A DNA stretch of 64,000 nucleotides from Octopus bimaculoides (lineage: Eukaryota), in contig NC_068985.1 of NCBI RefSeq assembly GCF_001194135.2, positions 120,360,023-120,424,022 on the forward strand. The letters run 5' to 3'. Shown in pieces: positions 51,411 to 63,289 of this stretch. Numbering within the stretch: the stretch's first letter is position 1; every line of letters starts with the position of its first letter. Below the pieces are notes generated by a model. The model saw only the letters and a list, made by a program, of their open reading frames with translations, was not told where the DNA came from and searched no databases. A program made the position numbers and the translations under genes.

Positions 51411-51691
51411 ATATATTATTTTGTTTAAAAGAGTTCCAACACTCTGTTTTTATGTTTTATTTATATACTTAATCCTTTATATTGAACACTCAATATTTCA
51501 TCTATTCACTAAGACATATTCCATATATTCAATAAGACATTCAATACTTTATTTCATTGTACCACCCATTTTTATTTTATATTATATATTGTATATTCCA
51601 TATTCTATATCCCACATTGGTTTTGCAGGAATATAAATAAAACATAAAAAAAACAGACAGTGTTGGAACTCTTTTAAACAAAATAATATAT
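51411..51691. mobile_element. MITE-like element with ~56-bp inverted termini
   Basis: 51411-51466 is near-identical to the reverse complement of 51631-51691 (TTATTTTGTTTAAAAGAGTTCCAACAC..). Confidence 0.65.
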
Positions 51692-52045
51692 TCCGCTATA
51701 CACAATCATACAAAACCCCCTTTTTTGTATTTATTTTTACTCGCATATATATATATATATATATANNNNNNNNNNNNNNNNNNNNNNNNNNNNNNNNNNN
51801 NNNNNNNNNNNNNNNNNNNNNNNNNNNNNNNNNNNNNNNNNNNNNNNNNNNNNNNNNNNNNNNNNNNNNNNNNNNNNNNNNNNNNNNNNNNNNNNNNNNN
51901 NNNNNNNNNNNNNNNNNNNNNNNNNNNNNNNNNNNNNNNNNNNNNNNNNNNNNNNNNNNNNNNNNNNNNNNNNNNNNNNNNNNNNNNNNNNNNNNNNNNN
52001 NNNNNNNNNNNNNNNNNNNNNNNNNNNNNNNNNNNNNNNNNNNNN

Positions 52046-52085
<40 letters not shown>

Positions 52086-52100
52086 CACACACACACACAC

Positions 52101-52280
52101 AAGCGGTGCTGAAAAGTTCTTAGCTTTAAGGGTGTCACAAAAGTCCTGCTTGGATATGCAACCATCCGAGTCTTTTACAGGGCTTAGAAAAACTGAAGAC
52201 CACTGCAATCGGTTGTGAATCTAAGTGTATGAATCTGAGAGTGTGTAAATCTGTGGAATAAAATCATAATTAACTGATAT
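52101..52280 (+). mobile_element. Mariner-derived MITE fragment
   Basis: Mariner-type terminus GGTGCTGAAAAGTTC..GCTTT, then the end of a transposase (GLEKLK..C..C..L....VE*). Confidence 0.55.
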
Positions 52281-53338
52281 TCTTTCACTCTGCCGGCAGT
52301 TACCTCTTATAAAATGAAGACACTACGAACATTTTGAAAGATGTATAACTCTTGGCGAATTCACGTCTGAAGTATTCCAAAGAGATTTTTTTGCTCCGGA
52401 TTTTAACAACACCTTAAAATCAGATATCACACTTTCTAACCTCAACTAACACATAGCATTTGCCGTAATTTACATACCAGCCCTTCTAACAAGCGCCAAT
52501 AGTGGTCTTCTCTGGCCTTTCGTGTGAGAAATTGTTTGGTAAAAGTTGTGTCGTATGAATATCAAAAACCGCGCAGTAATGGTCATGTGCCCTATATATA
52601 CATACATACACAAACCCACACACACAAACACACGCACGCACACACACATAAATATACACGTAAATGCATACACATACACAGACGGGCAGGCATTTATTCA
52701 TACACATGTACTTATGTACATGCATTTTATATCGATGTCTAAATTTCGTGCAACTCGGTAGACAAGATGAACATAGAATCTGTCCAACGAAACTGCCGAC
52801 TATAGAGGATATTTATCACCAGTTAGCAGGAAGTAATTGTAGTATAACTTTAATAGTAATTTGTCATTTACTCAGTTGAAGTCTACGATTCTCAGGAAGA
52901 TGATGACAACAGCTTATAGCGATAACATAAAGGGGTTATATAAACGATGAAACCTCAATGAAGAATCTAATTTCTACAACTAGTTCCCACCAATAATACG
53001 CCGAACGTATTGATATAAATCATACTAAAATCATGAATAAGAATGTGATTCATTTGTATACTAAGCGACTCCATATATTTGTACTTTCTGCTGCTTTTTC
53101 CAGGAATCTTTTCTACTTGTCCCCATTCATTAAGCTGTTCATACATATAAAAAGAAACGGTGCAGGCAAAGCTGCCTGGTTAAAATGAACTCTTTGCTAT
53201 AACATGGTTCTCGAACCCGTGCCGATGTGTGTTTCCTTGGGAAAAGTATATTAAACCATATATTTTCTCAGGTCCAATGATATTTTCAATAGCATTTAGT
53301 ATATGAGAATTCTGTAAAAGGTGTGTATGTCCGCGCGC

Positions 53339-53403
<65 letters not shown>

Positions 53404-54399
53404 GGATGGGTATTTCTCATGAGATATCGAAATTTATGTTATTCGAAAAAGGTAGATCGACAACAAAAATATGTTCCAGATGGCATAATAATTCATGTGG
53501 ACAAAAGAATGTCCTGAAATCTTTCAGATAGAATACTCCACAATGACCGTAGTCCAATTTCAGCGAAAGGTAAAAGAAGCGGATATGAAAGGAAATTATG
53601 AATTTGAAAAATCATTCCTCAGTTTTAATAGGCTGCTATGATATTACAAGGTTTCATAGGAACAGCAAACTAACTGAAGAAATATCAAAGAAATGTATAA
53701 TGAAATAATTATTTCTTATGCTACGAGATAATTCATTGAATATAACTTCTTTATTATCACTTTCTTTCTACACTATATTTAACAACATAATATACACACA
53801 CACACACAAAACCATCACTGGACAGACTGGTGCGTTGTGTTCTTGAGGAAAACACTTCATCACACGTTGTTCTGCAATCACTTCAACGCGTAACGTTTAT
53901 CACGGAAGACGGAGTGTAACTAGAAGCTTTATTTAACACAACAATGGTTTTGGCTGCCTTCTGTCCTGCTCTTTCGTGGGTTGTGAACGATGTAATGACA
54001 TCAGATTAATCACAATGTGCAAAAAAACATTATCAGGTGACGTAATATGCTTCAAATGATATAAGATTTACATTTCGCTCCATGTTAGATGCTCGTGATA
54101 TGGTATGTTGCTAATAGTTCACGCACAGTAAGGATGTTTGTGGTTGAGACGTGATTGAAAAAAAATACACAGAATTTAATGTAAATAGGTAGGTATTTAT
54201 GTTATTGGACTGAAAACCGTGTGGAGAACTTTGATGGCTGGTTATGACAGTCAAGTGTGATAGCATGGTGTAGAATTTGGTCGGGGTGTGATTCTCGTCC
54301 TTACACTTGCTTGTGTACTGCACCAACGTGTGTGAATTACTAGCAACACACCGTAATACCACCAGCATCTAACTTGGAGTAAATCTCATAGAATTTGTA

Positions 54400-54658
54400 A
54401 ATATAAGTCTTATACCTTTTTTATTGGTGATCTTTGACATCTATATCCAGCCTATTGACCTTAATTTCTCAATCTGTGTGTATTGGCATATGAGTATGGT
54501 TGCTTTCTCATTTTCTGTGACCTTTTCTGGCGTGTGCTTATACCATCTTTTTACTTCTGTAATTCCATTCTGTTGGCATAACTTCCAATGTATATAAGTC
54601 CTAATTCTGTTGTGTCTGTGAATATACTTCTTATTTGCCAGGATTGGATAGCCAGATA
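54400..54658 (-). mobile_element. R4/Dong-like LINE fragment (REL domain, subfamily 2)
   Basis: ISGYPILANKKYIHRHNRIRTYIHWKLCQ..RWYKHTPEKVTENEKATIL..PIHTD.EIKVNR.DI.VKD. Confidence 0.8.
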
Positions 54659-54674
54659 TATTATTATTATTATT

Positions 54675-55352
54675 TTATGTTTGACCTTTGCTTTGCATTT
54701 GTACAAGTTGGATCCAAGTCTCACCCAGAGACCTCAAGAGACAACAAGTTAGAAGTTCGTGTATGCCTAGGGTACCACATATCTCGATTTGTACATAGTG
54801 TTGTTCTAGAGATTGTTTATGAAACCATAAGAAAATTATGTGTTTGTTTTAAAATTTGAGATCACATAGACAGTATTTTACGTAGGATATGGGCAGTTCC
54901 CATGAGCACTATCTTTTGAACTTCAGCCATTTTGGGGTTTCCTGGTATCTGAGCTAGGTAGTAATCAGCCCGTTTCGCTGTCATTCCCAGGGCACCTATG
55001 ACAATAGGTATTGTTTTGTCTTCAGATTCCACATTTTGCTAATTTCTATTTCAAGATCTTTATATTTGCTCAGTTTTTGGTAGGTCTTGACAGATACATT
55101 TATATCGATTGGGACAGCATATCAATGAGGAGGCATGATTTTTGTCTGAAGTCTTTCAGTATGATGTCTGGCCTATTTGCCTCTATCTTTCTGTCAGTTT
55201 GAATGGTGAAGTTCCAGAGGAGTGCGATGTGATCATTTTCAAGTACTGGGGGTGGTTTGTGTTCCCACCAGTTTTTATCATGTGGCAAGTCCAGGTTTTT
55301 GCAAATTACCCAGTGAATATATTGTGCAGCTCTATCATGCCTGTTGAGATAC

Positions 55353-55355
<3 letters not shown>
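54675..55355 (-). mobile_element. R4/Dong-like LINE 3' end (subfamily 1) in (TAA)n
   Basis: KYLNRHDRAAQYIHW.IC..NWWEHKP..VLEN..LLWNFTIQTDRKIEANRPDIIL.D..CLLID, a 3' UTR and a TAA tail. Confidence 0.9.
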
Positions 55356-55422
<67 letters not shown>

Positions 55423-55484
55423 TCTTTTTCTTCTTCTTCTTATTATTATTATTGTTGTTGCTGTTTTTGTTGTTGTTGTTGTTG

Positions 55485-56013
55485 TATGTGAGAGTAGTGC
55501 ATGCCATCAAAGTGACACTGTGATACGAAGCCCTATATACACATTATGATTACTCGTCTGATAAGCATACACCAGGCACATGCATCACAACCATATGTGC
55601 GCGACAGTGTAACTTCATATCAAGATAAACAGCGTATGACCTTATAGCAGGAGCCCCAGTCAGAATTTTTTTCAGCTTGAGCAGCCCATCCTGCTCAAGA
55701 GGTCCATGAATAAGGGTTATTTAAGGATGTTGAATGAAACACCCATGTTCCCAGAGGTGAATTATCCAAACCCCAAAGAATTCTTCTCAATACATGGCTA
55801 TGATGCTCCCCCACTACTTCTGCTCGTGATCAGAGATGCACATATCGTCAGCCACCAAGGGACATGTTCAACTGGTTAAGGTCAAACAACTCACAAGCAA
55901 ATCTGTGGTATTGAGCAGAATATTTGCTGCAGCCCATCTTTTATACGAAGCCAAAATAATGTACATGATAACACTTCCAATCAGTTAAGATCAAAAGCAA
56001 TGAGAGCCACTGC
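55485..56013 (-). mobile_element. Non-coding retroposon 3' portion with a (CAA/TAA)n tail
   Basis: Complex sequence between two microsatellites, ending GGCATGCACTACTCTCATACAACAAC on the minus strand. Family not assigned. Confidence 0.5.
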
Positions 56014-56092
<79 letters not shown>

Positions 56093-56095
<3 letters not shown>

Positions 56096-56660
56096 TAGTT
56101 TTATTTTTATAACGTGCTTTCACTTCACTACCGAGCGCAGCTCTGTGCGCCTTGGGTATGTGCTGTGGTTTGCTGTGGTGCTCTTATGTTTANNNNNNNN
56201 NNNNNNNNNNNNNNNNNNNNNNNNNNNNNNNNNNNNNNNNNNNNNNNNNNNNNNNNNNNNNNNNNNNNNNNNNNNNNNNNNNNNNNNNNNNNNNNNNNNN
56301 NNNNNNNNNNNNNNNNNNNNNNNNNNNNNNNNNNNNNNNCTTTTAGAGAAACGTTGTCATCTGCTGGTATTGAAACATCAATTAGAAGGCATTTTTTTCC
56401 TTCATGATCTTTGACAACTATATCTGGTCTATTTGCCTTAATTTCTCTATCTGTGTGTATTGGCATATCCCAGAGTATGGTTGCTTTCTCGTTTTCTGTG
56501 ACCTTTTCTGGCGTGTGTTTATACCATCTTTTTTCTGTTGCTATTCCATAATGTTGGCATAGCTTCCAGTGTATATAGGTCCCAGCTCTGTCGTGTCTGT
56601 GAATATATTCCTTCTTAGCCAGGACTGGGCAGCCAGAGATAATATGATTTATTGTTTCTT
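56093..56660 (-). mobile_element. R4/Dong-like LINE 3' end (subfamily 2) in (TAA)n, with gap
   Basis: ETINHIISGCPVLAKKEYIHRHDRAGTYIHWKLC..TILWDMPIHTDREIKANRPDIVVKD..CLLIDVSIPADDNV, ending in (TAA)n. Confidence 0.9.
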
Positions 56661-56804
56661 GTTATTATTATTAGTATTATTATCATCATTATTATTATTA
56701 TTATTATAGTTGATATTATCAAAACTTTCATGGTTAAGACACAAGTATAATAGATGGACCCATTTTTATAATAATCACTCTCAGTAAGATGTAAATTTAA
56801 GTGT

Positions 56805-57486
56805 TGTAATAAAATTATTCTTTCTTTTATTTTACAATTTCAGAATCCTTAACTATCGATATTTCGTTGTAAATTTTAGAGAAGCTTGTTAAAGACATTT
56901 GAAGGAGAATTTTCCTTTGAGGATTTTCCATTCTTTTTGACGAGTTCTCTACCTACTGTAGCACTGTCTAAAGGCAAGATGAAACTTGAAACTTTCATTG
57001 ACAAAACATAAAAGAGTAAAATCTTTCTCTTAAACAATATTAGGTACAAACAAAAGTGAACGTGGGCGGTGGGGGTGATAAAAAGAAAGAAGACCTACTA
57101 GAACAACCAGAACAGCAACAACACAAACAACTGCTACTTCTACCACTATTTCAACCAGTTATACTGAACCTTTTCCTTCTCCCTCCACTACTACTGTACT
57201 ATTACTATTACTATAACTGGTACTGCTTGTACTACAACTACTACAACCACAGCAGCCACAACAACAACTGCTACGTTTACTACTACTGCTACTACTACTA
57301 CTACTACTACTACTAAAACTACTCCTACTCCTACTACTACTACTACTATTACTTTACTACAACTACTACATTACTACTACTACTACTACTACACATACTA
57401 CAAATACGACGCTTACTACTACTACTACTTCTTCTATTACTACTACTACTACTACTACTACCACTACTACTACCACCACCACCACC

Positions 57487-57524
<38 letters not shown>

Positions 57525-57864
57525 CATTACTACTACTACTACTACTACTACTACAAGTAGATATATACCACCGATTTTTCCTGCATCTTATGGTACCTCC
57601 TTTTTTCCAACTAGATTACTCGGCTGAACTGGAAAGATATGGCTACAAAAGGAAACTCCAATCCAATTTGATCCTGGATAAAGAAGAACTGTTTATTGAA
57701 CATCGGACAAATTGGGGGGGGGTGCAATTAATATGTTGGAGGTGTGTTGATGAAGTTATCTTAATGCAAGCAAGGATGGTCCGGTAAAATAGTTAATCTC
57801 TGAAAGAATTTGATCAAAGGATACCGGAAAATCGGTGGTGTACCTCTACTCTAATACTAATAAA

Positions 57865-57936
<72 letters not shown>

Positions 57937-57947
57937 ACCTGCTGCTG

Positions 57948-57978
<31 letters not shown>

Positions 57979-58006
57979 NNNNNNNNNNTTGTTGCTGCTG
58001 CTGCTG

Positions 58007-58038
<32 letters not shown>

Positions 58039-58057
58039 GTTGTTGCTGCTGCTGCTG

Positions 58058-58112
<55 letters not shown>

Positions 58113-58355
58113 GTTCACTTTTGTTTTCACCTAATATTGTTTAAATGATAGATGATTTTACTCATATTTTGTCAATTTTCATCTTGCCTCTAGAGAGTGC
58201 TACAGTAGGTGGACGAATCGTCTAAGAGGATAGAAAATCCTCAAAGGAAAATTCTCTTTGAATTGTATTTAACAACCTTCTCTAAAATTACATCGAAATA
58301 TCGATAGTTAAGGATTTTGAAATTCTAGAATGAAAGAAAGAATAATTTTATTACA
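56805..58355. mobile_element. 1.55-kb palindromic foldback with microsatellites inside both arms
   Basis: Outer arms at 56805-57063 and 58111-58355 (~80%). Inner arms at ~57556-57590 and ~57818-57850. Confidence 0.85.
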
Positions 58356-59039
58356 GCAGTAGTTTCTCTTGGCTGTAGTCTTGCATACGGTGATATGATA
58401 CAGGCCACTCTCGTGTCAGTTACGAATGTGCTACACCATGTAGCTTTCAGTTTTTCTCTTTTATTGTTCCCATCTGCCGGTGACCATCTGAAAGCTGTTT
58501 TGAATGATGCTGTTCTGGTAGCCGGAGAATGAGACCTTCAAATTTTTATCTCCAATCTGTGATGATTTTTCTCAGTAGTGTTGCGTTGGTTCTCTTTAAT
58601 ATTGATATGATTGCTGTAAGCTCGATCGTTTGACAGAATCATTAGAGCATCCGAATTAATCATTTGTTTCATTCGTTCCGGGTCTTTTCCTTTTAAGTTC
58701 AAATCTCACACTGGTCAACTTCAAATTATATTCCTCCAAGGCAATAAAATACTTTTCCAGATAATGAGGTCAATGTACTAAAGTGAAACTCTCTTCTGAA
58801 AATTGCTTGCTCCGCGACAAAATTAAGAAAATAGACAGTGGATTGGCAGGACCGTTAGAGTATGAGACAAAATCATTTACATTAATTCACCCAATCATTT
58901 ATGTTCCGAGTTCAATTTGCCTTTCATTCATTGCAGCCAATAAAATAATGTACCAGTTGAGCACTGGAGTCGATGAAATGAACAATCTGTCTCCTTAAAG
59001 ATCTCTGGCATTGGACTTAAGTTTGAAACCATTCGCTGT

Positions 59040-59240
59040 GCTAGCAGAGTCGTGAGGACGCCGGGAAAAGTGTTTAGTGGTATTTTGTCCGTCTTCACAT
59101 TCTGAGTTCAAATTTGCCGAGGTCGACCTTGCTTTTCCATACTTTCGGGATCGATAAAATAAGTACCAGTTGAGAACTGGGGTCGATGTTATCGACTATC
59201 CCCCTCCCACAAAATTTCAGGCCTTGTGCCCATAGTAGAA
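59040..59240 (+). mobile_element. SINE family A
   Basis: Head, GAGTTCAAAT, GAGGTCGACCTTGCTTTTCCATACTTTCGGGATCGATAAAATAAGTACCAG core and tail. Confidence 0.85.
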
Positions 59241-59575
59241 AGGATTATTTATATTATTATTATCAATAATAATAATATCGTTGTTGCGTTTGCAAGTGAA
59301 AAACGTAGATTTGGTACGCATCATTTGTTAACGAATTTTGATTTATTTATAACGTGTAAGTCTACTTTTCTCTGTTGATTTTTCTCTCTCAAAAGCCCAG
59401 ATTCAAAAGAGGCGTCATGCAATCTGAGACAAATATTCCAACAGACTTCTGCAGGAATTGTAAAAATATAGGCAGTTGTGTTACCATACGTTGTATGTAT
59501 CCTCTCTGGTGGTGACTCAGTTAAGCAATCGTTTTGCAAGTTCACAAGATGGACAAGCATATTGGTCAGTCATTA

Positions 59576-59578
59576 CTA

Positions 59579-59673
<95 letters not shown>

Positions 59674-59682
59674 GCTGCTGCT
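59576..59682. repeat. Compound (CTA)n(CTG)n microsatellite
   Basis: Visible tandem array. Confidence 0.95.
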
Positions 59683-60029
59683 CTTTAAGGTTGAACTACT
59701 AAGTAATTTTCCAATAGTGCTGCCCCTGGGCCTCTGAGACTTTATATTTTACAGAAACATGTCATGCGAACCTACCGGAAGCTGTAGATTTTTGCGGATT
59801 CTCATCGATGTGCTTCGTTGTTGCGGTGTGGATTTTGAACGTTGGGCGTCGCGGTGCATTGGAAATGCAGTGGCTGATAGAGTTTTTTTTAAAGTTACTA
59901 AATGAAGTCCTCATACCACACAATTGAGGTGTCTGTCAATGACGAGCTTTTTCTCCAACAAAATGGCGCATTTCACTACTCCCATCATGGTGTAAGGGCC
60001 CGTCTCGCTGAAACGCAGGCGAACAGATG

Positions 60030-60985
60030 GATCGATGAATTCTTATTCAAATATGAAGCAGAAACAGCTCCTGGCATGTAAACAAAATCGGACTTACATA
60101 CACGAGCTGTGTGTGTTGTCAGTTCATGGGTCGGCTGCGTTTTTGGGTGTAAAAGAAAATATTCTCCATGCAAATGGTGTTAAATACACCTCACAGTAAG
60201 TCATAGGCAAGTGAGACAACTCACACCAGGTTCCTTTCGAAGTGACAGACATCGATGTTTCATCATCATTGTGACTTTTCATTGCTGCGTACCAAACATG
60301 GCCAGCTGTAGACTATGTCAGCGACTACGACAACATGCTGAGTGATTTGAAAATCATCTACTGGCATGTCTCAACGTGTCATTGTCACGGAAAAAATTCA
60401 AATATAGATGAGAAGCACCTCGAAGTATCTAAACAAAATCGAATACATATATACACTCAGAGTCAGCGACATAGGCTGCATCAGGCCTTGTTCGGTAGGC
60501 GGCTTTGAAAATTCACAAAAATCACGAAACCTCAATGTCTGTTGCTCCGAAAGGGATCTGGTGTGAATTGTCTCGCTTGCCTATGACTTACTTTCAGATG
60601 ATTTTTAATATCAGACGCATTGAGAGTATATTCTCTGACGCCTAAAACGCAGCCGATCAACGAACTAGCAATACACACAGATTGGGTATGTGCATTCGTT
60701 TTGTTTATACACCTCGAGCTGCTTCTAATTCATATTTGAATTTTTTCCGTGGCATGAGATGTTGGGACATGCCAGCAGATGGTTTTCAAATCATTTAACT
60801 TATAGTCATTGTCAGAATGACGAAACATCAATGTCTGTCGCTTCAATGAATGACCTGGTATGAGATGTATCGCTTGCCTGTTTCTTGCTTTCATGTGTTT
60901 TAACACCAGGCTCATTGAGAAGATATTCTCTTACGCCTAAAAACGTATCCGACCCACGAGCCAACTGCACACGCACATGTTCTGC
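60030..60985. mobile_element. Modular foldback of ~300-bp units, two forward facing two reverse
   Basis: X (60195-60262) is inverted at 60524-60592 and 60820-60890. Y (60345-60455) is inverted at 60686-60797. W (60111-60188) is inverted at ~60606-60680 and ~60896-60975. Confidence 0.75.
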
Positions 60986-61019
60986 TGGTATGTTCGATTT
61001 TGAATTCTAATTACTTTCA

Positions 61020-61170
61020 ACAGACTTCTCGCAATGGGCTGTTTATGGGGCAGCTAAAAGATGAAATTTATTGCTTATGGCTCTCAACTATCAATGAAAT
61101 TGAAATAGTTATTGAAAAAAGGGTGTATCCAAATTCTGACTGAAATGATTTCTGATGATTGCTATTTTAT
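61020..61170 (+). mobile_element. Tc1/mariner transposase C-terminal remnant
   Basis: LFMGQLKDEIY....STINEIEIVI resembles FLWGYLK..VY...P.T..EL..I. Confidence 0.35.
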
Positions 61171-63207
61171 TGGCCTAGATTGTCAGTAGTATTTGCCCCA
61201 CTATCGCCATTAGTTTGAACAGTTACACTAGGTGAGACCACTGACACATGTTTAATCTTCAGTCTTAATGCTAAAATTTATTTATATCTTAAAAGATATC
61301 GTGTTTATATAATGTTTATTAATGAACAATGTATACAGAAACTTGTGGCATATTATTATAAATACCTGCAGCAGCAGAGGAATTGACAAGTGATACATTG
61401 ATAATAATCAATTCAACTGCACCACTGGTAAATTCAGTTGCTCTATTTCCTTGATATATTAGGCAATCTTAACTCAAATTGCACACCGTAATCTGGAAAA
61501 AACAAAAAGACATCATTAAACAATGTAGTTGAAAATACTTTTAAAATAAATTGAAGAACACGATTGGAATGCTTTTAATCCAAGGTCTTTACGATAACAA
61601 CCGCTCATAAATAGAAAGGTGCCCCATCCAGGAAAGATGAGCCCTTCAGCTGGAACTGGAAATAGGCACTTGTTTTCCGGAATATATACATAAGTTCTGA
61701 GAACGTATCAGTTTTCTAGGTTCCTCTGCTATTAATTTTAAATTATGATTTTTCTAGCTGTGAGTTGGCTCCATTTAAATGAACCACCAGGCCACCATAA
61801 CATTCCTGACCTCGTCTCAACCTTCCTAATATCTCATCGCTACACAAAGCCCTTAACAAGGTCAAGATGAAAGGTCATGGAAATGAATATAACAAACTAG
61901 AATCCACTTGGTAATAATATTCACAAAAGTCATCCGTAAAATACGGTGCAACCTTTTAACCTGGTGCACATAAACTATGCCATATTTTAGAAACTCCCTT
62001 ATTCCATAAAATCTCTTCGTACACTTCTGCACTGCATGTATTCTTTCGTTCATTCATACCACGAATCTTTCCTTTATTCATTATTTCATGCTTTTTCCTT
62101 CCTCCTTTTCTGTCTTTGCTTCCTTCCGGCCGCCTTGTTTCTCTTTAAGTTTCCTTCTTTTTAATGTAAGTGTCACTGTATCGAATTGGTACATCCGTTC
62201 AACTTGAAACAACAACAACAATGATAACGATAAGAATAATAATAATAAAAATAATAATAACATATCAGCATGACCACAGCCCATTGGCTGAAACAAGCAA
62301 GAACTGTAATGGTATAATAATCGTAAATTTAACCGGACATGCTATCAAAAGTCTGGTATGGAAAGGAGGTGCCGGAAACAAACGAAAAAATGTACAAGTT
62401 TTAACAATTAGGTCACAGTTTCCCATCCGTCTCCATATCTACCACTCCGTTACTTTCAGTTATTTGTTTATTTATTTACTTTTATCCGTATCTTTCTTTC
62501 CTTCATACCTTCTTTCTTCCTTCCTTTCCGTCTTTTTTTTTCTCTCTCTCACTCTCCCACATTTACATCCACTCACTCATTGCTCGGTCACTTGTTATAT
62601 TAATTCCCACTTCAACATAAATGACATGAGAGGTGAAAGAATGGTTATGAATGCGTTCATTAACATTCAACTTCACTCATGAAACATCATCAGATTTATA
62701 CGGGAGGAAGAGAGAGAGAGAGAGAGAGAGAGAAAGGTCATGGTAACTACGTACACATACACACATACACTTAAATATGCATACATACACAAACATTCTC
62801 CTCCATCTCAGTCTATCTCTCCTGTTCTCTATGACTCTCTTTCTATGCATACACACATATATACACATATCTTGCCTGTACGTAGTTATGAATACACATC
62901 ACACACACACACGCCCATATATATTAGTAATACACATGTATATGCATATGTATCTGCAAATAGAGTGAATTTCTGTATATATAAGATGCATATATACCTT
63001 CGTTAGACTACGGCCATTCTGGGACACCACCCACATTGTTTATATATATATACATATACATGTGTGTGCGCGCGCGTGAGTGTGTGTGTCTATGTATGTA
63101 TGTATGCGTGCATGTGTGCGTGTGTATTTTTATATATCATACATATGGATATCTATGTATCTGTCTATCGATCTACCTGTAGATACATACATACATACAT
63201 ACATACA

Positions 63208-63251
<44 letters not shown>

Positions 63252-63289
63252 TACCTCATGTAATTTCATGTAGCTGAAGTCTTGAGTTG

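Noticed and set aside
57056-59737. Poly-Y/T/L/C/A ORFs
   Set aside because: They are triplet microsatellite translations.
61780-62053. RTE-like LINE remnant
   Set aside because: Only a weak resemblance (LHRILRM), with no diagnostic motif.
10621-63277. Many ORFs rich in YI/CV/HT/MYVC repeats or X runs
   Set aside because: They are translations of (TA)n, (CA)n and (ACAT)n microsatellites or N gaps.
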